A DNA stretch of 64,000 nt from the human T2T-CHM13v2.0 reference genome, Homo sapiens. Made by a program: the position numbers and the translations under genes. The notes under the pieces were generated by a model. That model was not told the DNA's origin and did no database searches. It saw nothing but the letters and a program-made list of their open reading frames with translations. Shown here one piece after another: positions 35,570-46,691 of this stretch (within the stretch, counting starts at the first letter, position 1; each line of letters begins with the position of its first letter). The stretch lies in NCBI RefSeq assembly GCF_009914755.1, contig NC_060926.1; one strand, 5' to 3'.

Positions 35570-36023
35570 TTGTTTTTTAAAAAACAGCTTTATTTAGGTA
35601 TAATATATACACAATAAAGTGCACATTTCTAGGGTGTACAATTGAATACATTTTGATATTGTGTCCATACCTATGAAAGCATCACCAGGATGAAGACAGT
35701 AGACACACCTCCATCCTTAAAGGTTTCTTCATGTCCCTAAATGATAAGAAAACCAATCCATTAACAAATGGATCAAAAATTTGAAGACGTAATTCACCAA
35801 AGAATGTAGACAGTTGGCAAATAAGCACAGAAAAATCTGCTCAAAATTGTTAGTCATTAGGGAAATGTAAATTAAAACACAAATAGATACCACTATATAC
35901 CCACAAAAATGACTACAATTAAAAAGTTAAGTGTTACTGAAAATGTGGGGAAGTGTCAGTGGGAATATGAAATGATACAAGCACTTTGGGGACATTTTGG
36001 CAGTTTCTTAAAAGTTAAACACA
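35570..36023 (-). mobile_element. Old L1M insertion with an inverted 5' segment
   Basis: Antisense L1 3' end (~35570-35737) joined to sense L1 late-ORF2 sequence (~35740-36023); TSD ccttaggttt at 35560-35569 and 36024-36033. Confidence 0.72.
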
Positions 36024-36714
36024 CCTTAGGTTTAGAAACAGAGGGCATAGCTTGTATATTTGTGCCTTACGTGCACTTTAAGAGACTGTGTCTTTAATGA
36101 AGACCCACTCTATTAGTAGAAATGATCCCTCTTCCAGTCTTCCCTCTTGATCTAGAAAAATATCTTAAATAGACTAACATGTACAATTAAAGTTCAGATT
36201 TTATTCCATGTGTGATTAGACTGTTCAAAAGAAGGGCAATAAATATGTAGCACTTATGTTAATTGGTCTCCCAGCCTGCAGCTTGCTTACTACCAATTTA
36301 TTCTTCATACACCCACCCGCTCTCTATCCAAAACCCTGAGAGTATCACACTCCAACTTTAAAAAGCTTCTAGCCCTTGAACAGTAAAAATCCAAAATCTT
36401 GAACAAATACAACAGAAGCTCAGCCAACAATCTTTACCTCGTTGCTTGCCAATCTACTGTAAAATCTAGTACTATCAAACAAATCTTAATTATCCATTCA
36501 TATTATTCTCATGCCTTCCTCCCTCAATGTTTTGAGCCTGCTTTTACCTCTGCATAGACTGCTTTTCCTAAATTACCCTCTCCCTATTCATAAGAGGAAT
36601 TCACACTCAGTCATCACCCCCAGGACACCTTTCCAAACACCCCTCCAAATAAGCTATTCCAGTTTTCTTATTTTAATATTAATATGCTTCTGCTGCTGAA
36701 CCTGTGAGCCTCAA

Positions 36715-36890
36715 TGTATGGTTGGTGGTCCAACTCTATCAGAATCATTATCTACTCCAGTTAAAATCCAGATTGCTAGGCCCTACAACCAACCTTGAAA
36801 TCTCTGAGGGGAGAACGTCAGAGTCTATATTTTAACAACACTTCCTCATGAAATGTTTGATGGACACACATATAAATGAAAACAACTACA
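36715..36890. mobile_element. MER5-like hAT remnant
   Basis: atcagaatca...cagattgctaggccc...gaaatctctg...tattttaaca. Confidence 0.55.
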
Positions 36891-38171
36891 CTAAATTATG
36901 GGCTTTGGCTTCTTTATTTTCCCAAAGCTTAGCACAGGGCCTAGTCTAGTATGTGGTCGGTACTCCATAAATATTTTTTAAATATGCACCTAGTTACAAA
37001 ATCTTCATTTATTTCAAATACAACATATTTAAATTTGAACTTTTCTTTTCTCTCAAACTATCATTTTCCCCCTACCATTCCTGTTTAAGTTACTGAAGTT
37101 CTTACAGAGCCACCCTGAGCTATTTTCTCTTTTTATCCCCAAAGCTATAATTAACCAATACTAATAACTCAGTTAATTAAGATTATGAGTTGCCAGTTTT
37201 GGGCTCATTGACAATATGTCCTTCAGGAACCTGCTCACTTTCTCCATTTTAATGACTAGCACAGTTCTTTGTCCAAGGAAGATACTCAATTAATGTTTTG
37301 CTTTTAAATTTATTAAATTTTTCCTAATTAAACTAAAATATTTTTTAAGTAAAAATTGGCTAGGGACCTGTAAAGTAGTATAGCACAAATGTTGGCTTAG
37401 CCTCACTACTCAAAAATCAATGAAAACTGAGGTCTAAACACAATAAATTGTCTTTCAATAATAGCGTTCTTGTTTTTTTAAACTTAGGCTTAACCAATTA
37501 TGATTTATCACTAATACAGGCAACCCTTTTCAAGAACAAATGTGTAAAGGGTATACTGATTCTCTTGGTCTTAGGAAATAAGGTCATTTGTTAGTCAGCT
37601 TCCAAATTTTATTTAAAAAGAGACATACACCAATGTTTAATGACTGCCAGAAGTTGTAACTATTCATCTTCATTGGAAGAATTAGTTAAAATGGAATAAT
37701 ATTTCCATTTGTATTTTTACTCTACCTGTTGATATTGCAATAATGCCTGCCTTTTAGTATATGATTTTAAAACTTTTCTTTCCTTTTATGGATTTGTTTC
37801 ACAGGATGTTATTATCCAGTTGATTACAACTTGTCTCTTCTCTAAAAAAGAGAAAGAGAGAATTTGGAAAGAAAAAAATCACATTAAAATCCGAAAAAAA
37901 CAGTAATTAGTATTTACTTGGTTTTCCCATTTAAATTTTCTAATTAGTATCTTCATCCTGTATTGTCTGAAGTCGCAATGAGTTGAAATTAATTATCCAT
38001 GTGGATATCCAATTTTTCCAACACCATTTATTGAATAAACTACCTTTTCCACTTTATGCATTCTTGGCTGTTTTGTCAAAGAACAACTGATTGTAAACTT
38101 GTGGATTTATTTCCGGGCTCTCTGTTCTGTGCCATTGGTCTATGTGGCTGATTTTATGGCAGTATCATATA

Positions 38172-38387
38172 CTTTTTATTGACACAGAGTCTTGCTCTGT
38201 CACCCAACCTGGAGAACAGCAGTACAAACTCGGTTCACTGCAACCTCGACCTCTTGAGCTCAAGCTATCCTCCCACCTCTGCCTCCCAAGTAGCTAGGAC
38301 CATAGAGGTGCACCACGATGCCCTGCTAATTTTTTTATTTTTTGTAGAGATGGGGGTCTCATAATGTTGCCCAGGCTTGTCTCAAGA
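38172..38387 (-). mobile_element. 5'-truncated AluJ inside the inverted L1 segment
   Basis: Right arm, linker and part of the left arm; TSD-like cagta...tatact. Confidence 0.85.
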
Positions 38388-39658
38388 CAGTAGTATACTA
38401 TTTTGATTGCTATAACTTGGTAGCATATTTTTGAAGTCAGGTACTATGATGCCTCTAGCTTCTTCTTTCTCAAGATTTTTTTGACTATTCGATATCTTTT
38501 ATGGTTCCATACAAATTTTAGGATTTTTTTTCTATGTCTGTGAAAAACGCCAGAATTTTGATAGACATTTTATTGAATTTATAGATGACTTTGGTTTGTA
38601 TGAACATTTTAAGAATACTAATTATTTCAATCTGTGAACACAGTATATATTTCCATTTGTTTATGTCTTCCATTTCTTTCATCAATATTTTATAGTTTTC
38701 AGTACACAGAGATTTCACCTTCTTAGTTAAAAATGCTTTCATCTCCTTGGTTAAAAAATATTTATTCCTAAGTACTTTTATGCTATTGTAAATAGGCTTG
38801 TTTGCTTAATTTCTTTGTGGTTTAAAATCAACTCAATGTTGATTAAAGACCTAAACAGAAGACCTAAAAGTGTAAAACTACTGAAAGTAAACACAGGGAA
38901 AAATCTTGACATTGGTCTGAGTGGTGATTATTTGGAACTCCGAAAGCACAGATAACAAAAACAAAAATAGACAAATGACACTGCAGGAAACTAAAAAGTT
39001 TCTGCACAGCCAAGAAAACAATCAACAGAGTGAAAAGACAACCTATGGATGACAGACTATATTTGCAAACCATACATCCAATAAGGAGTTAATATCTCAA
39101 ATATATAACCATGTTTATTGCGCTCCTACTGATTGACAAAGAGCTCAACTCAATATCAAGAAAGCAACTGGATTTAAAAATAGGGAAAAAAAATGAGTAG
39201 ACCTTTTTCAAAAGAAGACATACAAATGGCCAACAGGCATATTTTTAAAATGCTTAACATCACTAATCAGTAAGGAAGTGCAAATCAAAACCACAATAAG
39301 ATATCACCTCATACATTTTGGAATGGCTATGATGAAAAAGATATAAGATAACAAGTGTTGGTAAGGATATGGAGAAAGGGGAACACTTGTACACTGATGG
39401 TGGGAATGTAAATTAGTACAACCATTATCGAAAACAGTGTGGAGTTTCCTCAAAAAAACTAAAAAATAGAATTACCATATGACCCAGCAATCACACTTCT
39501 GGCTATATATCCAGAGGAAATTAAATCAGCACCTTGAAGAGATAGCTGCAGTCTCATGTTCGTTGCACCATTACGCATAATAGCCTAGATATGGAATTCA
39601 CCTAAGTGTCCATCAACAGATGAATGAATAAAGAAAGTGCAACATACATACATATATA

Positions 39659-39659
<1 letters not shown>

Positions 39660-39695
<36 letters not shown>
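39660..39695. repeat. (CA)n microsatellite within L1
   Basis: Direct inspection. Confidence 0.95.
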
Positions 39696-39696
<1 letters not shown>

Positions 39697-42504
39697 GAAT
39701 GTTATTTTGCCTCAAAAAAGAAGAAAATCCTATCATTTGCAACACTGTGGATGAACCTGGAGGACGTTACACTAAGTGAAATAAGCCAGGCATAGAAAGA
39801 CAAATACTGCATGATCTCATTCATATGCGGAAGCTAAAAAATTGAACTCATAGAAGTAGAGAGTAGAATGGTGGTTACTGCGGGTTGGGGGATGGAGAAA
39901 GTTGGAAGGTATTGGTCAAAGAATACAAAGTTTCAGTTACGCAGGATTAGTAAGTTCTGGAGAGCTAATGTACAGCCTGATGACCATAGTTGATAATAAT
40001 ATATTGTATACTTGAAACTTGCTAAGAGAGTAGATCTTAAATGTTCTCACCACACACAAAAAAAGATAATTATGTGAGATAATGGAGATCAGCTGCATTG
40101 AGGCAATCATACCACAATGTATAAGGCTATCCAAAGTCATGTTGTACACCTTAAATATTTAATATATGTATCATTTTATTAGTCAATTATAGCTCAGTAA
40201 AACTGGGGAAAAAGAAATTCAGTGATGCATCCATGGATAATCATTATTCTCTGTAAAATATACATTTAAATTAATTTTCCTTTTACATCTTTCTTTTTAC
40301 TTAGGAGTGAGTAGTTGAGTAAATATCATAAAATAAAACAGATATTAGTTACTTAGGATATACTCACATAGTCAAGAAATCTTCAAATACCCAGATAAAG
40401 TAACTGTAGATGCAAAGCCAGAGAGCTGGAACCGGTGTTTCTAAGATTCTGTACTTCCATCAGGGAGATTTAAGGCTAGATATAAAACAGTGTTTACTGA
40501 GCTCCTACTTGATTAACAATGAGGATGATTCAAAGACATTTGCCATGAGAATATAACACAAATATACTTTTCACTCTAACTTTATGCAGATCTGTTTTGC
40601 TGAACAGTTTTTGATCTAGTCTGAGAAAATTAAATGTTGAGGATTAAATGAGATACCGTGAAGTGACTAGTGGTAGGCCCTCAGTAAATTCCCAATGAAA
40701 GGTTGCTATTAATATGATTATCCTGACAACAACCAAATAGAGTAGAGGGCAAGTCCTCCTACTATTATGCTCGTTTTACAGAAGAAGAAACTAAAATCTG
40801 TTTTTAAATGTTTAGTACAAGCTGGAGTCAGACTGATAATTGGAATAACCCCTCCAAATGTCTCCCAAGGATAATTCGTAACTCCAGATTTTCAGATGGA
40901 TATCATCTCCAACTAAGTATGTACAGATTCTTGAGAAATTTGACCAGCCAAAGGTACCTGCATTCTACGACTTGGGATGACAAGCCAGGCTCCCTAACTG
41001 TGGGGTACCTCAAATAACCAACCCACTTACGTATTTAGTTTCCTGCTGGTAACATGGAAATTAATACAACTAAAATTTTAGAAGCACCGTCATTTACCAA
41101 TATACAAATGTCATGTGTTGGGCAATATGTGTGTTGATGAAAAGGTAGAATTTCCTAATATCCTTTTTTTTCTATTCCTTTTACCTATGCAATTCATTGA
41201 TCTGAGATGTGAAACAGCATGTGTGTCGGAAAAGAGAAAAAAAAGGAGAAAGATGTACAGCTATGAGGGCCACAGAAATTATTACTGAGTGCCTGAAGAC
41301 ACATAGTGTTGAATTAGTGGTATGGCTTATAACCAACTTCTACCATCATCACAGATTATCATAAACTCACAAGGGAAAAGACCAAGAAGAGGCTGGGAAG
41401 AGAACCTTACACAAGCTTTTCCATGTGTGACACATCCATAGTCATATGGCTATTAGTGGCCAAGTCAGTACTTTAGACCAGGTCTGACAACAAATCTACT
41501 CCTCCATTTCTAGGATATTTAATCAATGTTTCCTTACTCTCCTACCCACTCTTCACATTTCATTCTGAATTGTATGTCAAATAGACCGAAGACTAAGCCA
41601 GAGTTAATGTGTTGCTTTACCCATGATAGATAAGCCAAGATTCCCTTTTAATTTTCTTAACATGTTGCTCTCCTGTTGCAAGTAATTTGTGTTTTGATTC
41701 GCAAGGACAAACCAGAGAGGGATAAAAAGAAATCAGTACTCTTTGATAAAATTTATATGGAAACAAGAATATATTTCAAGCAGTGTTTTAAACTGCCAAG
41801 CATAGAATATAACAAGTGTTGACTTTCCTAAAAGACATTTGAGTAATTCCAACTGCCATTTGGGGTGGGATGGTGGCTGGACAAGATTGAATCATGCAGA
41901 GTAAAATAATTTTAAAGTATTCTATTTTCATGTTTAAAACAATATTGTAATGCAAACCATTTATCCATGATGCTAAAAAAAATTCTCACTTTATTTTCGA
42001 ATGTGGATGCTAAAGATGTGTGCTATGTTTTTTGCTGGTGGCGTTCTTTTTTTATTATTATTATTATTATACTGGTGGCGTTCTACTGAGGGGAGTTTTA
42101 AGGTTGTTAGGGGCAGAGACAATGTCACCTACTTCATGTTTTGGGCATGTAGGGAGTTCTCAGTGAACAATGGTCTTGTTAAATCTATAATTAGAGGAAA
42201 TAAGAATGGCAAGAATAAAATAAAATACTCAGATTTGTTTCTTCCCCATTGCCAGAATCATGTTAGTCACTAGTTTTCTACTTGTTTTTTTGGGAAGAGC
42301 TGGTACATTGCCTCCCACATGCATCCGACACGCCTATTACAGCAAAGTATTAGCAACAATATGAATGGCTAACATTTAAAGAGTACCTTCAATATAACAA
42401 TAACTTTAACCATTTTTAAATATTCTCACATTAATCTGCAAAGCAGAATTTTTTTTTATTGCTCAGTAACCACATAAAATTAACTAGCCTGCAAGATCAT
42501 ACAG

Positions 42505-42720
42505 CTAGAGAGCAGTATTGTGTGATATTGAAGCACACGGACTACAGTCGTGTATTCAAGACCCAACCCCTCCAATCTCTACCAGAAGTTGCTTTACCTC
42601 TCTATGGTTTCATTTGCTGACTACAAAATACATATTGTAATTTACTCCTTCACATTAGATTCTTGTGAGGATTGAGTGAGATAGTCAATGGAAAGAACTT
42701 AGCAAAGTGCTTGAGATATA
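42505..42720 (+). mobile_element. MIR remnant
   Basis: gagcagtattgtgtg...tttacctctctatggtttcatttgct...tgtgaggattgagtgagata. Confidence 0.65.
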
Positions 42721-43018
42721 TATATGAATTTGGAATCTCTCCTTCCCCTCCCAAGTCATTGGGAACATAAGTTTACCTCAAAGCATGGAAGCTAGACCCT
42801 CCCCACACTAGAGTAATGAACAGCAGTGTTGTCCACAAATCACTCAGAGTTCCTCAGAGAGAAGGACAGTGGTCCCGAGAAGTGCTTCTCAAACTCTATG
42901 GACAATCTTTACAACTGGCAATGTCAAAATGTGTATTCTGATTTAGTTGTTATGGGAATGCATAGATTTTATTAGACTGTACTTTAGACAGGGAAGGAAT
43001 GTCACACAAGTTGTAGAC

Positions 43019-43604
43019 TGTATTGGCCAGGATTTTTCAGAGAAACAGAACCAATAGGATTCATAGAGGTAGATAAGTGAGTTGCAGTTTATTACAGGAA
43101 TTGGCTCATGTGGTTATGGAGACTGAGAAACCTCAGTCCAGGCCACCTGCAAGCTGGAGAACCAGGAAAGCCAGTAACATGGCACATTCTGAGTCCAAAG
43201 GCCTGAGAACCAGGGAAGCCAATAACATCACTCTCAGTCTGAGGTCAAAAGCCTGAGAACCTAGTGAGGGATGTGGAGGTTGTGGGGGCAGACTGGTACA
43301 AGCCCCAGAGGCCAAAGCCAGAGAATCTAAAGTTCTAGTCCAAAGGCAGAAGAAGAAAGATGTCCCAGCTCACTAACAGAGACAGAATCCACCTTTCCTC
43401 TGCCTTTTTTTCTATCTGGGCCCTCAACCAATTAGTGGTGCCTGCCCACATTGGGTGAGGGCATCTCCTCCCCACTCAGTGCACTGAGTCAAATGCCAAT
43501 CTCTTCTGGAAACACCCTCACAGATATACCTAAAAATAATGCTTTACTGGTTCTCTGGGTGTTCCTTAGCCCAGTCAAGTAGACACCTAAAATTAAATGT
43601 CTCA
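43019..43604 (-). mobile_element. MLT2-family (ERVL) solo LTR
   Basis: TGTATTGGCCAGG...agagaaacagaaccaatagga...gacacctaaaattaa..CA; TSD tagac/taggc. Confidence 0.88.
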
Positions 43605-43662
43605 TAGGCAATGTTCAAAAACCAAAAACAAACAAACAAAAAATTGAGACTTTTTTTCTAGA

Positions 43663-43715
43663 CCAGTGTTTCTCAACTTTAGCTGCACATTTGAAAGACC
43701 TGGGAAGCTTTGTAA

Positions 43716-43771
<56 letters not shown>

Positions 43772-43875
43772 ATACAATATCAGCCCAAATGTCATCTCCA
43801 CCTCCTCTCTCATCAATTGACCAGAGTTTTGGGGATCTTGTTTCAAGTGGTTCTAATGAAAAGCCTGTGGCGGAA
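43663..43875. mobile_element. MER5A-like remnant with an internal A-run/(TA)n microsatellite (43714-43768)
   Basis: cagtgtttctcaactttagctgcacatttgaa..acctggg start. Confidence 0.6.
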
Positions 43876-43991
43876 CTGCTACCCTACCAGTCAACCAGCA
43901 TCACTCAAAATCTGGTCCAAGTCCTGGTGTGGTCCTGAAACTGTTGCTTGCTGGTTTAAGACGAGATAAGTACTGAAACTGAGAGTAAGTG

Positions 43992-44349
43992 TATCTTAAT
44001 CTGTTCAGGCTACTATAGAAGAATAACATAGACTAAGTGACTCATAAACAACAGAAACTTATTTCTCACAGTTCTAGAGACTGAGAAGTCAGAAATCAAG
44101 GCACCAGCAGATTCGTTGACTGGTGAAGGCCCATTTCCTGGTTCATAGATGGCACCTTCTCATTATGTCTTCACTTTGTGGAATGGCAAGGCAATAGGGC
44201 CTCTTTTTTAAGGGTGCTGATCCCATTCATGAGGGCTCTATCCTTATAATGAAATCACCTTCAAAAGCCCTACCTCCTAATACTATCACATTTATGATTA
44301 GGTTTCAACATATGAATTTTGGGTGGACATAAACATTCAGACCATAACA
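43992..44349 (-). mobile_element. MLT1A-like MaLR solo LTR
   Basis: tatcttaatctgttcaggct...aaacattcagaccataaca; perfect 5-bp TSD aagtg. Confidence 0.88.
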
Positions 44350-44559
44350 AAGTGTTTAGAAACTTTTATAGCAGTATGACAAATTAAGTTTATTTGTAAT
44401 CAAATGTAATAATAAAAACAGATGGATTAGTGAAAAAAAAATAGTTGGCTTACAAAGAAATACATTGAAACCCCTTGAATGAATGATCTAAATAATTAAA
44501 CATATACATCTCTGGAAGTGAGGATATACCAGGCCCCTTCTTTAAGCTGTTATGTCTTA

Positions 44560-45237
44560 AAGCTGAAATGTTAACTTCAGTGATAAATTCCTCAGGCAGA
44601 GCATTGGCACCTGGCTACAACAGGGTTAATGAGCAGGAGTAGGGTAGGTGGGGTCACAAACCAGGAACACATGCCCTCCAAGTTAGATAGCTTTTTTTCC
44701 TCTTTAATTGCCGTTTAAACACACATGCTCTCACATAACACAGAAGGTGAGAGCTGAATGAAGTTTTCTGGGTAATGGCATGAAATGTTTTCCTTATGAG
44801 AAGTGGTGTTGAGTTACAGCGTGCAGACGGAGAACGGGGAGGAGAGAAACGGCAGTCTCAATCTGGCCCCCACCTTTTCTTGGGCTTGTAGGAAGGTGGA
44901 CATGGGCTCCCGGAGACAAGACAAGTGATATGTTGAACTGTTCGGTGGCTGGAATCAACTGCTCCTGGAGTGACCTAAGGCCAGTGTTTATCAGAACTTA
45001 GCCAGGGCCAGCCAAGCAGGCACAGATGCTCTGCTATGAAATGCCACGCAGGCAGAGACTGACAAGCGGTAGGAACTGAGCTTTCCCCTTGGACTGCTGC
45101 TTCCTGCTGTGTTCAGGGGAGGGGGTCACTTTCTGGCAACTCTGCTGCTGCTGCTGCTGCTGCTGCTACTTCAGCTTCCTCTCCACTCAAGGTAAGCAGG
45201 CTAAGGGAGGGCAGGCTGCTAGGGAAAGCTTTGTACC
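44560..45237 (+). promoter_or_regulatory. GALNT5: Putative GALNT5 proximal promoter and 5'UTR (no CpG island)
   Basis: Unique, GC-richer sequence directly upstream of the ATG. GATA-like (TGATAA 44581, TTATCA ~44988), KLF-like (GGTGGGG ~44647, CCCCACC ~44868) and FOX-like TGTTTAT (~44985) motifs. The TSS cannot be placed from sequence alone. Confidence 0.6.
45142..45165 (+). repeat. (CTG)8 trinucleotide repeat in the presumed 5'UTR
   Basis: Eight perfect CTG units followed by CTA, 72 nt before the ATG. Confidence 0.95.
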
Positions 45238-46691
45238 ATGAACAGGATCCGAAAGTTTTTCCGAGGAAGTGGGCGAGTCTTGGCATTTATCTTTGTAGCT
45301 TCTGTCATCTGGCTCCTCTTTGACATGGCAGCTCTCCGCCTCTCATTCAGTGAGATCAACACTCGGGTCATCAAGGAAGACATTGTGAGGAGGGAGCGGA
45401 TAGGATTCAGAGTTCAGCCAGACCAAGGAAAAATTTTTTACAGCAGCATAAAAGAGATGAAACCTCCCCTAAGGGGACATGGGAAAGGGGCATGGGGCAA
45501 AGAGAATGTTAGAAAAACTGAGGAGAGTGTGCTCAAGGTTGAGGTGGACTTGGACCAAACCCAGAGGGAAAGAAAAATGCAGAATGCCCTGGGAAGGGGC
45601 AAGGTTGTGCCGTTGTGGCATCCTGCACATCTGCAGACCCTCCCTGTGACTCCTAACAAGCAGAAGACAGACGGGAGAGGCACCAAACCTGAAGCCTCCT
45701 CTCACCAGGGGACACCAAAGCAAACGACAGCTCAGGGGGCTCCAAAGACCTCATTCATAGCAGCAAAAGGAACTCAGGTAGTCAAAATATCAGTACACAT
45801 GGGACGTGTCAGTTTAAAACAGGAGCCCCGGAAGAGTCATAGTCCCAGCAGTGACACATCAAAACTAGCAGCTGAAAGGGACTTGAATGTGACCATCAGT
45901 CTTAGTACTGATAGACCAAAGCAGCGATCACAGGCAGTAGCAAACGAGAGGGCACACCCTGCCAGCACAGCAGTGCCGAAGTCTGGGGAAGCCATGGCCT
46001 TAAACAAAACTAAGACTCAGAGCAAAGAAGTCAATGCAAATAAACACAAAGCCAATACGAGTCTTCCTTTTCCTAAGTTCACTGTCAATTCAAATCGCTT
46101 AAGGAAGCAATCTATTAATGAGACACCTTTGGGAAGTTTGTCAAAGGATGATGGAGCTAGAGGGGCTCATGGGAAGAAACTCAATTTCTCTGAAAGCCAT
46201 CTTGTGATTATAACCAAAGAGGAAGAGCAAAAGGCAGACCCCAAAGAGGTCTCTAATTCTAAAACCAAAACAATATTTCCTAAAGTATTGGGTAAAAGCC
46301 AAAGTAAACACATTTCCAGGAATAGAAGTGAGATGTCTTCCTCTTCACTTGCTCCACATAGAGTGCCACTGTCCCAAACTAACCATGCTTTAACTGGAGG
46401 GCTAGAGCCAGCAAAAATCAACATAACTGCCAAAGCCCCCTCTACAGAATACAACCAGAGTCATATAAAAGCCCTTTTACCTGAAGACAGTGGAACGCAC
46501 CAGGTGTTAAGAATTGATGTGACACTTTCTCCAAGGGACCCCAAAGCTCCAGGGCAGTTTGGGCGTCCTGTAGTTGTCCCCCATGGAAAGGAGAAGGAGG
46601 CAGAAAGAAGATGGAAAGAAGGAAACTTCAATGTCTACCTTAGCGATTTGATCCCAGTGGATAGAGCCATTGAAGACACCAGACCTGCTGG
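45238..46691 (+). CDS. GALNT5: GALNT5 first coding exon (cytoplasmic tail, transmembrane anchor, long stem, start of the catalytic region); phase-2 donor
   Basis: 485-codon [36 protein letters not shown] (type II membrane anchor), followed by a long K/S/T-rich stem with 8 N-X-S/T sequons. It ends in the GalNAc-T family motif PGQFGRPV...[22 protein letters not shown]. The ORF ends at GG|GTAAGA (GT at 46692-46693), giving 1454 coding nt. Confidence 0.97.

Larger units (their letters stand above)
37993..40213 (+). mobile_element. L1MA (about MA8-10) with 5' inversion
   Basis: 37993-38818 is antisense ORF2; 38820-40213 is sense ORF2 end plus 3'UTR ending ctcagtaaaactggggaaaaa; the two pieces are nearly contiguous in L1. 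Confidence 0.85.

Noticed and set aside
45438-46454. Antisense ORFs overlapping GALNT5 exon 1
   Set aside because: Expected shadow ORFs of a long coding exon; no independent support.
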